A stretch of DNA of 57,915 nt from Fimicolochytrium jonesii (GCF_025526975.1 NW_026515684.1:558001-615915), one strand, 5' to 3'; positions 39,260 to 51,548 are shown, counted from the stretch's first letter. Notes: generated by a model from the sequence alone, not told the origin. Numbers and translations are program-made.

Positions 39260-41023
39260 ATGGAAACGTCAAGCGCTCGCGGCGGACGACAGCCCCCTCA
39301 CCCCCCTGGCCAGCGCCCACCTCCTTCCAGCTCAAGCCCGGCAACTCATGCAGAGCAAGCACATTTGAGCATGGAAACGTCAAGCGAGGTGAGTGGCCGC
39401 TGGGTGTTGACCGCCTGGGCTCGCGGCCCATGTTGAGCACGACCGCCGCTTGCGGGAGGTCGACCTGCATGGGCCGTGCTGTCTGGGCGTGTTTGCCATA
39501 CGCTGCTCTCGCGGCCCATGTTGAGCACGACCGCCGCTTGCGGGAGGTCGACCTGCATGGGCTGTGCTGTCTGGGCGTGTTTGCCATACGCTGATCTCGC
39601 GCCCTATGCTGAGCACGACAGCCGCTTGCGGGAGGTTGACCTGCATGGGATGCGCCGCCCTGGTCGCGATCGGGCTGGGTCTGCTAACGCCTTCCCTTCC
39701 CCCCCTCCCTCTACCGCGCCGCAGGCCACGCCCCCGGTCGCACCCACCGCGGTCGAGGCTCTTCTGATGGGCATGGGCGAGACCCGCGCCACAGCTATCT
39801 TCGGCGACACGGTGGCCTTTTTGTATCTGCTGCTGGTAGACACCGGCCTTGCCGCCCGGGACGCCAGCCTAGAAGACAAGGCCAAGGCGATTGGCCTTTT
39901 TTCACAGAAGATCAAGCAAGACAACCCCACCCTTTGGGGTTGGTGGATCAATAGGCCAACGCGCTCCCGTCACCAGAAGAAGCGCGCCAAGCACCACATT
40001 GAGCTCCAGTCCGGCATCATCGCCGCGATCAGCGATGGCAGTCTTACCACGGCCGACTTCTCAGTCGACCTCCAGCCCTCCGCTAGCCGCCCGGCTGTTC
40101 ACATTGTGGTGCCAACGCCCGCCTCGTGCGATGGCTGGGAGGGCAAGATGGTCTATGCGGGGTTTGGGAAGAGGCTGGCGAAGGCGAGGGGCCTGGATGG
40201 GCTTGAGCAAATTGAACCCCAGGCGGGGGCGGACATCTACATCTGCGACGAGCACGGCGTCCTTGTGGCCACAATCTCGTACAATAGCGCGGGTCGTCGC
40301 GAACACGACCTGCGGCTGGGGCTCATTGTCGAGTCCTGTGGATCCCGGCCGGCTGTGGTTCGATGGAAGGCCTCAAGGGGCACAATGCACGCTGCGGGGC
40401 TTCGTCCTGGCAACAAGAACTCGGGATATGCCAGGGGGACATCGCACTATTCAATGAAAGGAGGGGCAGACATGTCCGCAAAGAAGTTTCTCGTCGCCAC
40501 GGAAAAGGCCTTCACCAAGCGACTGCTGCAGGAGCTCGCCAACCGCGACCCCACCGCGGCGGCATACCTGATGATGGCCATGCCAGAGGTGTACGGGCCA
40601 AATTCCGATGAGTTCCCCCCGCTGTTCGCCACCACCAACTATCAAGTGGTCGTTCACTCCGACCCGTCGGACAACGGCGTGGCCGGCAAGCTGAACCCGC
40701 ACACAGGCCACGCCATATGGAAGTCAACCCCCAAGGAGGAGCTTCCGGAGGAGCTTCAAGCCCGCAAGCTATGCGCGCAATGGGCGGCAGGCTATGCCGC
40801 CGCTCCGGCAACCGTCGTCGGTGAGTGGGCATTTGCGCTGCCAGAGCAAGGCTTCTACTTGGTGCTGCAGCCCGACTGCATGTGGGTGTGGATGCCTCAC
40901 AAGCTCCACGGAACGGCGGTGCTTGACATGTCCAGGGGCAGTCGCCACACGGCTGTTGTGACGCTGCCCCTGGCGACGGCCGCGGCCATCCGGAAATACA
41001 GCCTCCCTGATGAAGATGAATAA
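39260..41023 (+). CDS. TET/JBP-like 2OG-Fe(II) dioxygenase (about 475 aa); exon 1 39260-39388, intron 39389-39724, exon 2 39725-41023
   Basis: GTMHAAGLRPG; FATTNY..VHSDPSD (HxD at 40655); FALPEQG..LVLQ..WVW..KLHGT (distal His at 40907) followed by R; intron has GTGAGT donor, GCTAAC branch point, pyrimidine tract and CAG. Confidence 0.7.
39421..39649. repeat. 88-bp tandem repeat (~2.6 copies) inside the intron of the TET/JBP-like gene
   Basis: Units start at 39421, 39509 and 39597. Confidence 0.92.
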
Positions 41024-41429
41024 CCCGGCTAAATAATCCTTCCCCACAGTCATCCGTTCGGACCTTTTAGGTCGTCGGTCTAATATATAGCAACCCTCCG
41101 CTCTCTAACTCATCATCCGCTCGGACATTTTTGGTCGCTGGTTGTTAGTGTAGAAATGAATGCAATGTACACAAGTCGCTACCCACGACGGTCTTCTGGA
41201 AAGCCTTCCTGAATGACACACTGCGTTCGAAAACTGTTAGAAACGTTCGAAGCGAGGCGATAATTTTATCCTGGGGTCCACCTGGGGACCCGGACTTTTT
41301 CTTCAGGGTCCTTTGAACGGGCAGAAAAGCCAGCGCCGACCGCCGGCATTCCCAGGCATTACCTGTACTGTACTCCAGACCGCTTCAAGGTATTTCAAGG
41401 TAGCGGGATGTGCCTTCTTGCCCCCCGAT

Positions 41430-41470
<41 letters not shown>

Positions 41471-41584
41471 TGCGCTCAGGTAACCTCGGGCATACCTCCA
41501 CGCCGTGCATCTACTTGGAAGGAACGGAGCGGTCCGCAACACTATAGGTGAGAATTAGATGCAGCGATGCTCGTCCACAGCGCT

Positions 41585-41753
41585 ATCAACTCGCGCTTGC
41601 TTGAGGCAGCTCGGAATAGGAGCAGCCTCGCGATATGCTACCCTCTCAACTCGACTAGCGCTTGCTTGAGGCAGCTCGGAATAGGAGCAGCCTCGCGATA
41701 CGCTACCCTCTCGACTTGACTGGCACTCGCTTGAGGCAGCTCGGAATAGGAGC
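41585..41753. repeat. 65-bp tandem repeat (~2.5-3 copies)
   Basis: GCTTGAGGCAGCTCGGAATAGGAGC at 41599, 41664 and 41729. Confidence 0.9.
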
Positions 41754-42001
41754 TCCCCCTTTGGGAGCGCTAGCGAGCAACCTTCGCGGGCGAAACCGCG
41801 CTGTATATTATAAACGATAAATAGATACATATGATCCAGCACATCTTTGGACCCAACGACGCCGGATCCCGCACGGCGAGACCCGACTTCGGCGATATGG
41901 TAAATGAGATGCACTACCATTGCATGAAATGAGATGAGCTGCGGGAGCCCGTGCGCGATCCGACCCAAAGATGGCGGCGATATGAGAGATGAACGGTTTG
42001 A

Positions 42002-42151
42002 CGTGCGGGGGCCAAATTTCTCCCCAAAATCCATTGAGGGCTGACTAGTACAGCGTGGGGAGAGAATTGGTCCCTCGACGCGACGCACTTCCCGGTTGGG
42101 CGTGCGGGCGCCAAATTTCTCCCCAAAATCCATTGATGGCTGACTAGTACA
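42002..42151. repeat. About 50-bp direct repeat pair
   Basis: CGTGCGGGSGCCAAATTTCTCCCCAAAATCCATTGAKGGCTGACTAGTACA occurs twice. Confidence 0.9.
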
Positions 42152-42224
42152 AGTACTGACGCCTTCCTGTCAGTCGAGCAGCCACCTCAAGACGCATGGT
42201 TTGAAACCAAGCCGCCATCAAACT

Positions 42225-42420
42225 TCCGAACAATCCCGTGGATCATCAGCGAACGAAACACATTGACGTTCGACACCACTTTATTCGGGAACTTGTAGCT
42301 GAACGCAAGCTAGATATTCAGTATATCTCAACAAAAGAAATGATAGCGGACATCCAAACGAAAGCTCTTCCAAGACTGGCCTCTGTTTATTTACGGGAAT
42401 TATGTGGGCTACGACAGTAA
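42225..42420 (+). mobile_element. Ty1/Copia RNase H C-terminal fragment
   Basis: NP..HQRTKHIDVRHHFIRE.V....DIQYIST.EMIADI.TKAL. Confidence 0.9.
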
Positions 42421-42443
42421 AGTGTACACTACACGCCGTATTG

Positions 42444-42875
42444 TTAAATAATGGCTCTTCGGAGCCAAGTGAGCGGCGGAGTGTCAAAAGCTACATGACA
42501 CGACGGACACCGAACTTGATTTGACGGGTGACGCCGAACAAGATAAATGGAGCATCCATTGCATATGGTGCAGTTGCCACACGAGGTCACCATGCGACAC
42601 AAGATGGGATTAGTGCCGCACATGCAGCACTGACGATTGTGCCGGTCCCAGGTTAAGTAAACTGGCCACGGGGCTCTAAGAGAAGCAATCAATACACGTT
42701 TATCAGTTGAATTACCTCCTCTCACCACTCACCGACAAACGCCACAGCGTGGGGCGTGCAAATGAGACACCATCTCCTGGACGATGCACGTACGGCAAGA
42801 TAGGTGCCCGCACGGCCCGTTGTAGATGGCAGGGTTGACCATACAGATCGGGCAAGTTGGACCACCGTTCGGCAT
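42444..42875 (-). CDS. Small tandem RING-finger protein (about 124 aa); intron 42676-42732
   Basis: Exon 1 MPNGGPTCPICM..GPCGHLSCRTC..PRCGVCR (C3HC4); exon 2 CCMC..SCGNCTICNGC..RCPSC; GTGAGT..TAG intron joins the exons in frame. Confidence 0.7.
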
Positions 42876-42881
42876 CTTGAT

Positions 42882-43420
42882 TGTTATGATCTTGACGACG
42901 GAGGCGGAAGCAAAGTAGAGAAGACAGGGCGGGAGTGATAGGCGACAAGAGCTTGTATTGGCGAAACAAGAAACAAGGACTAGAACAGGAGATGAGAAGA
43001 ACTGGTGTTGACCTGCTGGGGAGGAAGGGAATGGACGAAGAGAGGCCGGCTATTTTTAGATAGGCAACCCAGCAGATCAGAGAACAACAACAACAAGAGG
43101 GGACTGGGGGGCGCCAGCTATGCTCCTAGAGCGTGCGTGGCGAGCGTAGAGAGCATTGCTACAGCTGCTGGCTATGGGGAAGCAGTGGGGGGGTGTGGAG
43201 AAGCCGAGGGGGGATTGGCGAAATGAGAGGAGAGAGGAGGAGTGGCGATATTGCAAGAGGATTGGCGAAATGAGAGGAGAGAGGGGGAGTGGCATTGACA
43301 TTGACATTGACACTGACATTGACACTGACATTGACATTGACGTTGGCGTTTGACATTTGGCGGTTGACATTGGCGGCTGTCAGTAGGTAAGCTTATGGTA
43401 TGGGCGCGTCGTCCATAACA
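42882..43420 (-). mobile_element. Solo LTR of the same Gypsy family
   Basis: Near-identical to 38090-38652; TG..CA ends; TSD TTGAT at 42877-42881 and 43421-43425. Confidence 0.95.
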
Positions 43421-44356
43421 TTGATGGATTGGTTGGATTTGGGTGTCGGAGAGATAGAGTGTGTTGTTGATTGGAATGGAGTTATGAGCGGGAGTTGGAC
43501 AGGCTGACTTTTGGACAGCTCGAGTCGGGGGAGTGTTGTGCAGAGACGCGAACTATCCTGCCAGTTGCTGTCATTGTGTAAGCAGACGCGTAAGCAGTCT
43601 GGTCACGGTCAGAGAGACAAAGACCCCGACGCCAGAGTCCGGAGTATATAAACATACAACAAGTAATACAAAAAGACCAGTAATGGTTCTACTCTTCATC
43701 GGCTACTTCCCAGTAATAACTCAACACGTTCTCCAATAAGACCGGACAACCCAACACGCATTACACGTTTCCCCGGGATCCCTATGCTCAAGCATCGTAC
43801 AACGTTGTTATCATATGTGTGAGGATATCTCAGAATGCTCTACTACGTATGGGAACCCCAGGGTCCTGCAGCCCGTACTTGTGTAACCCCACGTGTACTG
43901 ACAGTGCTTTTTGACAGCGAGATGAGCGAGTCTCGACTCAACACGTAGCTGGGGGATCCGTTACGGGGTTTGTTGTCCGAGTGGTTGTGCCGTTCCGCAC
44001 GGCGGTTGGGCGAGTTCCGGCTTTGCGGCCGTCTGTTCCGACACCTTCCCGGGACTCTACAAGCGAGAGAGGAGCAACTGCCGCTACTGATACGCACCGG
44101 ACTTTTCAACACCTCCGGTATGTTCTGATTCCCTTTACTAAGTTGACTCTGCCGCAGTGTAGCCATGGGTTCAGATTCTTAGCCATGGGACCGATCCGCC
44201 ATGGGTTTTAGCTTCTTTAGAACGCTTCCCTTCCGAAATGAATCGGAACGCGTGAAATGTGGAATGTTCTTCAACCCGGTTGCCAATCGTCCCGCGAGTT
44301 CGCGGGCTGGCATGCGGCGTCAAATGCGGGCGGCCGCAAACAAGAGCAAACAAAGG

Positions 44357-44523
44357 AGGACGGTCATCGATCACCCGCCGAACGGAACCGTAATAAGAGA
44401 AATGAATAAACGGGACGGTCATCGATCACCATCCGAACGGAACCACAAGTAAAATGAATAAACGGGACGGTCATCGATCACCATCCGAACGGAACCACAA
44501 GTAAAATGAATAAACGGGACGGT
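44357..44523. repeat. 52-bp tandem repeat (~3 copies)
   Basis: AAATGAATAAACGGGACGGTCATCGATCACCATCCGAACGGAACCACAAGTA repeated. Confidence 0.9.
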
Positions 44524-44652
44524 TGTGGATGCCCACGCTGAGCCGGGCAAGGTGTTCCTGTTCAACTTAGACAGACTTGGGCATGGGCGAGCACGCAGCA
44601 TCGTGCCCGTCACCAGTCCGTCTACGGTACCTTACAGCTACGTAGCTACCGT

Positions 44653-45690
44653 ATGCAATCCCTTGAAGAACCGTGTGGAAGGCAGTCCACATCACATGGC
44701 AGCAACACCGCGTCCACCTTGAGAAGCTTTGGTCAACGGGAGCGTGAACCTCCAGCATCGCAACTGCGACCCCACCTACCGGCGTTAAACGAAGCAGATA
44801 GACCTCCAATCGCTTGGGAACCTCTTCAGGACGCTCAGAACAACGTCCGGAAGAGGCCTCATCGCTCCTACTTCGTTGTGGGAGAAGCAACGCATCAAAA
44901 ACAGGTCCCGCTAATGCAAACGTACCAGAAGCATCACATCAACTTCTGACACACAACGACTGAACCAAACCCGTTCCGTTGTTGCGCAATACGAAAGCAC
45001 TTTTGTGTGGTGCCATACACGAAGATTCAGCTCGATTTGTTCAGCATCCCCGCCGTAGTGAACGAGAACGTACCCTCTATTGGCCAGACGAAGCTCGTTC
45101 GCGCCGAAAGATTCCCTGTCCGGGCCACCTTCCAGTTCTATCGAATCACGGACGAAGAGGAATCACTGGTCAACTTTTTGCAGAGATTTCTGGAAGGATC
45201 GACTCTGTCTATGTGATGGCTAAAGAGAAAGGACGCTTGGTGATTGATACCACCGCGCGCCTCACAAATCAGAAAGCAGAGACTCCATTCGACGTCCATT
45301 GCGCAATCTACCACGGATCTGAGTTTGTCGGTTACGCTCACTTTTGGTGTTCACAGCAGGTCACTATCGGGTGGATCAAGTCTGAGATAACAAGACGTAT
45401 GCCGCAAGAATTCTCATCCTTGACCTATGAGTTCCGAATCAATCCATACGATACTGACTATGGAGATGGAGGCATTGTTGAAATTTTGAAAGATGATGAA
45501 CGAACCGCTTCTTCTTACTCATGTGGTACATCGACACCGTCACATTGAATCTTGTCGCTAATACAATGACCTAGAGACCCATCTATTTTAGATGGAATTA
45601 TGGGCCATCGCATAGGGTCTCACGATTCCTCTGTCGATATAATAGCTGAATACTATCAAAATGCTAAGGATACGGGATGGTGATAGATGA
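44653..45690 (+). pseudogene. Unidentified fragmented coding-like region
   Basis: Overlapping protein-like ORFs (44653-44949, 45007-45216, 44979-45548) separated by stops or frameshifts; no family recognised. Confidence 0.3.
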
Positions 45691-46129
45691 TGGCCGTGAA
45701 AAACTGTTTATGCACTTGCAAAAAGCTCGAAAAATCTACGGGTTAACAGTCGATGACAGAAGGTGAAAAGTCGCCCGACGAAACGCGCGAAGCAGCGTAA
45801 AGCCTGGCGCAATGCTACCTTCCCCTACCTTCCCACGACACCCACAACCGACGAATCCACGATCACAACAACGCACCCCGGCGGAGCACCATACTGTACA
45901 TATTCGACGACGACCACCACCGCACGAGCCTCACGGAGCCTCCCGCGATGTCGACCCGCAGTGCTCGGCTTGAAAAGGAAAGGGTGGGGAACGGCGTCCC
46001 CGGTCCACCATCGGCGTATTTTCCCCATCTGCCATCCCCTTCATCTTGAACGTCTCGAGAGCAGCACCGTACCAGCAGCAATAGAACCTTTCGCGTCGAC
46101 CAGTTCGCCCGCTTTCGCAGGTCGTGGAG

Positions 46130-48039
46130 ATGAGTCCGTTTTCTACCATCTCCGCCATCGGTTCGCTGGCGCTCGCAGTCAGCACCCTGGCGGCGCCGCC
46201 CTCGAAACCCAGCCCCATCTGCAAGTGTCTGTCATCCGGCCCGTCCTGCTTTCCCCCAACCAGAACTCTTGACGCCTTCAACAAGACCATAGAGGGACGT
46301 CTTGCAAAGATCTCACCTCCCGCCATAGTATGCTATCAAGGCCCCGAATTCGATGCCGCCGCATGCGAGGCCTTGCGAGCCAACGCCACAAACCCTTACT
46401 TTTGGGGAGAGCATATTGGGGCCACGATGTACCCAAAGACGTTGGGCGGCGAGTTTGGTGTCAATGTTTGTCCAGCTTCATTGAATTCCTCGCTTCCGGA
46501 CTCTGCATGCGGACAAGGAAAAGTGTCCTCTTTCGGCGTTGATGCTCGCACCGTGGAGCACGTTCGGAAGACCGTCAAGTTTGCTGCAGCCCATAACCTC
46601 CGTCTGACCGTGAAGTCCACCGGCCAGTTAGTGCAAACCGCTTTGGTCATATGGGGCCCCATGTTCTTCAATCTGATATCATTTCATCTGTTCCTAGCGA
46701 TCAAGCTGGCCGCAGCTCCGCAAAAGGATCTTTCCTTCTGTGGCTTCATCATTTGCGCGGAATCGAGTTTGTTGACACCTTCATTCCGGAGTCTTGCACT
46801 GCTAGAGCCGGGTTGCCTGCCGTGACCGTCTCCGCTGGCGAGCAATGGGGCACTCTTTATGAGCAAGCCGAGGCCCGTGGCCTTGCTGTTGTTGGGGGCG
46901 CCGTACAGACAGTCGGGGTTATCGGTGGATACCTTCAGGGAGGAGGACACAGCCCTTTGTCTCGTAAGCATCAATTTCACTTTCCTGCGTTTTGCTGACG
47001 GTATGAACATGCGGCTGATCGGTCTCACCTGCGATCAGGAACCTACGGAATGGCGAGCGACCAGGTCCTGGAGTTCAAAGTGGTTACCGCCGACGGGCAG
47101 CTGCGCACCGCTAACTCGTGCACCAACCAGGACATCTTCTTTGCTCTGCGAGGTGGCGGCGTTGGATACGGCGTCGTTACTTCCGCTACGATTCGGACCT
47201 ACCCATCTCCAAAGACGGCCCTCGCTTTGTATACGATTGAGGCAAATGCCGGAAACATCACAAAAAATGCTGCCCTCCTGCGCCAAAAGTTTGTCGACAG
47301 CCAACCCGAATGGGACAAGATCGGACTCTCCGGTTACATCGGCTTTGGTTCGACAACCCTGTGGCTTGCATTGTTTCAGCCCAACGGCAGCAATGCTACC
47401 ATTGCCGCTGCGCTCAAGCCGTTATTCGATTTTGCGGATCCAGCGCGCTTTGCGGTCGCCGGCGTATCCTTCGGCTCGCCCACCTTCTATTCGGCGTACC
47501 GCATGTTCAAGTGCTACCTTAACAAGGGGTTGTGCACCGATACGGTGGGCGAAAACGGGGCGCTTGGCTCCCGTCTCATCCCAACCAAGCTGTTCCAAAA
47601 CCAAAAAGGCCGCGACAAGGTCGGCGCGGCCCTCTCATCGATTCTTGACATGGGCACCAACTTCCTGGTTGTGCATTTTATCGCTGGCGGGCAAGTGTCC
47701 AACTTCCCACCTGATGCGACGGGTCTGAATCCTGCGTGGCGACAAGCACTCTGGCACGTTGTTACGGCCAACTTTTGGGCCGACGATGCCAATGCGGCTC
47801 AGATTTTGCAGAAGAGACGTGCCACGACCGCGCAGACAAAGGTTCTCGCCAAGCTCTCGTCCCATGCTTACATCAATGAGGCGGATGAGGCCGAGGCGGA
47901 CTGGCAGAATGCGTTCTATGGCACTCACTACAAGTACCTGCTCCGGATCAAGAACAAGTATGACCCTGCGGGGCTTTTTGTATGTCATCAGTGTGTTGGG
48001 TCGGAACGGTGGTCTGCGGACGGGAATTGTAGAGTGTAG
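46130..48039 (+). CDS. Secreted FAD-linked oxidoreductase (berberine bridge enzyme-like); introns 46627-46697 and 46964-47038
   Basis: Signal peptide; CKC..GPSCFP; VKSTGH/DQAGRSS (FAD-binding His split by an intron); GGYLQGGGHSPLS; FFALRGGG; AYINEAD..WQNAFYG..Y..LL.IK.KYDP. Confidence 0.93.
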
Positions 48040-48769
48040 TAGGAAAACAAGTGGTTACTTTTTTTGAAGATCAATGCTACTATGGAACCTGTTACCTACG
48101 TCTATTGCAATGTAGTTTACAGTACATTCACATCCTTCGCGCTGCAGTATGAGCCCAGAGAGCCTTTGACAGGCTAACCGACACCCTAAGTATAGTGCAG
48201 CAGCACACCGGGTTGCAACGTCGTCTATTCTTAGCATATCCCAGATATACTATATCTGCATCTACCCAATATCTATATCTAATCTGCATCTACTCCAACT
48301 GATATCTATATCTATGATCTCATTTATGAAGGATTCGACAAAGCCTTGAGAAGGATTCGACAAAGCTTCGGCAAAGGGGTGTCTCAAAACACGAGCGGCC
48401 GAGGTGTTGTCGAAACGTGTGCCGGCCGTCAAAGGATGCATGAAATGTCCGCATGCGAGCGGGAGTGTCGATACGAGGTCCTCGACCCTCGAAGCAGGAC
48501 CTCATTGTCAATGTCGGACCTCAATGCGAGTGTCGGAGCAAGTCTACAGGGATATCAAATACAAAAGGCGCTCCTCACATACACTAGCGGCCATAGTTGG
48601 ATAGGGTGAGGTCGTCGCGGCAAATGCTCGGCGCGAGCAGCCAAAGCGGATGCGCGAAGTGGCGATTCTTGGAGCAAATCTCGATGTAGTATCCAAGGTA
48701 CCCCTCGGATCATCTGCCCCAGCCATCGGGTACGATCGAGCATTCGAAGGACAATCAATGCATCATCTA

Positions 48770-50560
48770 ATGATGGGACTTTGGAAAGATTTCGTCGAGG
48801 AGTTGTGCGTCGGCTATAATCAAACGGTTGAAAATTTGGTCAAAGTGAGACTCGCAACGAGGAAAGCAAATGCCCTGCGTAAATTGTTGGAGTGAGTAGT
48901 CGAAGTAGGTATCCGACGAAGCGACCGTGTCGCTCGCGGTGCGGCAAGTGTCGAGGTGAGTAGTCGAAGCGAGCGGCCGTTGATGGATCAAAGTGGGTAT
49001 TTTGGTGCAAGGTCGGAGTCGAGGAAACGTGGGCGGGACTCTAGGCGGGACTGGAGGTGAAAATCCATCTAGGCGAACAGATCAGGTAGATCCATCGGTT
49101 TCTCGTCTATCCAAGGTTCACCCAGTGAGGGATCCAAAAGCGACTCCGCTTCATACGGCCTCGTTCCGTAAAAGTACACGATCTTTCCAAGGAAGCGAGC
49201 TTCACCGATGCTATGCCAGCCCAGCTTTTCTTCAGATGGCATGTCGAAGCCACATTCTAGCATCATTTCCAATATCTCGTCAGGACGCGCGACTTGGTCA
49301 AGTGCCAGAATTGGAAGAACCCCTTGCCGACCGCTGTACACAGCGTTCTTAAGAATGGCTCGTCCATCTCCTTTAGTGCGCGACCAACGGCCAAGTCCAT
49401 TGTCTCATTACCCACTTCGCTGAGCACACGTTCGGCGAATGTCGCGGTTGCCTCCTGATCTTGTTCGACGTCCCACTTTGCCGATTCGTCGTCCCCATCG
49501 CCCAGATCACTCGCATTCTCGATCGCCTGCAGTACAATGTCTTTGGGACTGGGCTTCAATAAGGCTCTCCAATGTTCGCCCATCCGCAGATCGTCATACA
49601 CGAATATGTGGTCATCTGTAAGGTCGTCCATGGAGCAACCCACGTCGAGAATTAGCGTCAGATTGGCTGGATATCTGACATAAACGTTTTTGGCGACGTC
49701 CCGCCCTGATTCGGCCCATCCCCATTCAAGGGCGAATGGGAGACCCAGTGCTTCTCCGTCCCACCTGCTGGACAGTTTTATTATCCCCCGCTTTCTGAGG
49801 AATGTCTTAAAAACAAGCGGAGGTCCGGACTTGAGAAGGTCCATAATCACGTCACAAAGAGTTTCGTCGTGGTCTTCCGCCGTTTAGAATATAAATCCCT
49901 CATATCTTTTCAATCTCCCTTTGTTGCATCTCGACACTAACCACATCAAACGGTTCGTATCTTTATGATGATGGGTTCGCTGATCCTGAAGAGCACAGTA
50001 CAGCCATGTGTAGATGACTTCTTTGTCGAGGTCTCCTAATATCCATTTGTAAGACTCGACTGGTAGCGAGGAGTGTAATATGAACCTGAATCAGAGCGTA
50101 TCGGACAAGTCCCCCGAGAATAGATGTTCGAGTATGGAAGAGTTGCCGCTGAGCGCCGCGAAATCGCTGGCGTCCTGGTCGTCAATGATCTCACGATCCA
50201 GCAAGTACATCAAGAGCCTAGGCATCTCCGGATATCTCCCCATTTTGCCAAACACCAAAGCAAGTCCCAGTTGAATGGATAGCCCGTCAGAGCGCATAGG
50301 CGTAAAGTGAGGCCGAGATATCCCCTCTTGCACAGCATTTCAAGGTGACAGAACTTGGGTTCCCGACCGTGGAAGAGTAGCCAACGTAGGTTGTCCATGT
50401 TCTCGTCGGCTATAGCGTTCCTCAGCGTTGACCACTTGGTGATTTGTCTTGAACGGTGCGACTGAATGAATCTAACCTCGTGTATGTGTTGCGGACACAC
50501 ATGCCAGCAGATTTCGTCACGTATCTCCTGGGGCAGGAGGAACGGCGTGCTGTTTTCCCG
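48770..50560 (-). pseudogene. Frameshifted F-box-like / ankyrin-like helical-repeat gene remnant
   Basis: LPQEIRDEICWHV start; AI..ENMDNLRWLL and AALSGNSSILEHL repeats; consecutive minus-strand ORFs in shifting frames. Confidence 0.4.
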
Positions 50561-51548
50561 GTTGTGCCGACGGTATATACAGCGCGGGCCGGCCGACGGG
50601 TACTGTGTGTTGCTAGGTGGTGGTGTGGTGTATGTATGTATCAAAAGTATGTGGGGCGGGGCCTGTCTCTGCGAGACTTTTGGTCAGACTCGTCCACCTA
50701 CTTCCATCTGGGGGAAGGCAAAGAAGCAGGAAGCCGCAGAGAGGGCCAGGGCTTCCATCCTTTGTCAACTTGCTTGTCATCCCACCAACCATAAGGCATC
50801 TACTGCATCCACCTCTGGTCTACAGGCGTTAGGAGCCTCTACGCGCCCAAACATCGCTGAGCACCTTTTCCACAATCGTACGGCCTACCACGTTGACTCG
50901 CTCCCCCGGTCCCACCACAATCATATTCGAATCGGCCGTGCAGCGTGGTCCGTGTATGGATAATGTTGGGAGGGTTGCCTAGGACGGTGGGCATTGGGAA
51001 CACCCCGTACCCCGGGCTAGAATTTAGACCCGCCGAAAGACGCCTAAGAATGCTTTCATTGTACAAAGATATTGTTGGACATTTCCATTGTATGATTGGC
51101 CTCCCGGGTTAGAGACCTTCACATGTATTTCAGAAATTATATGAATTCAACCTCATGTAGATTGAGCGCTCTCTACGACACCGTGTTCTCACGCACTCTT
51201 TATGACGGCGGGAGTATATTATACGTGCGTAACATTAGTGTCGTAGGACCGGCATAGGTTCCTCCAAGTACAATCTGTAACGGCGCTAATGTGTATGTGC
51301 AACTGTATATAGAAGGGCGAGGCATTCGAACAATGCTGTCAAAAGGCGCGTGAGGAATGTGTCAAAACGCGTGTCCGCAGGGACACAATCAGGATGTGCG
51401 CGCCGCAAGTGATCACGAAACGCCTCACTCCGACTTTGACTGGCCGTCCTTTTAGGTCCTTGCTCCTTTCCTCCTCGGTTTACGTCGTCTCGCATTGCTT
51501 CACTTCTGTCATCTGTTCAGCAACTACCGACCAACCAAGCAACCAACC

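Noticed and set aside
39421..39649. 88-bp repeats next to an RNA-guided nuclease as a CRISPR-like or guide array
   Set aside because: Units are contiguous and near-identical with no unique spacers, and they lie inside a canonical intron
44357..44523. 52-bp repeats as a CRISPR array
   Set aside because: Head-to-tail minisatellite without variable spacers, in a eukaryotic context
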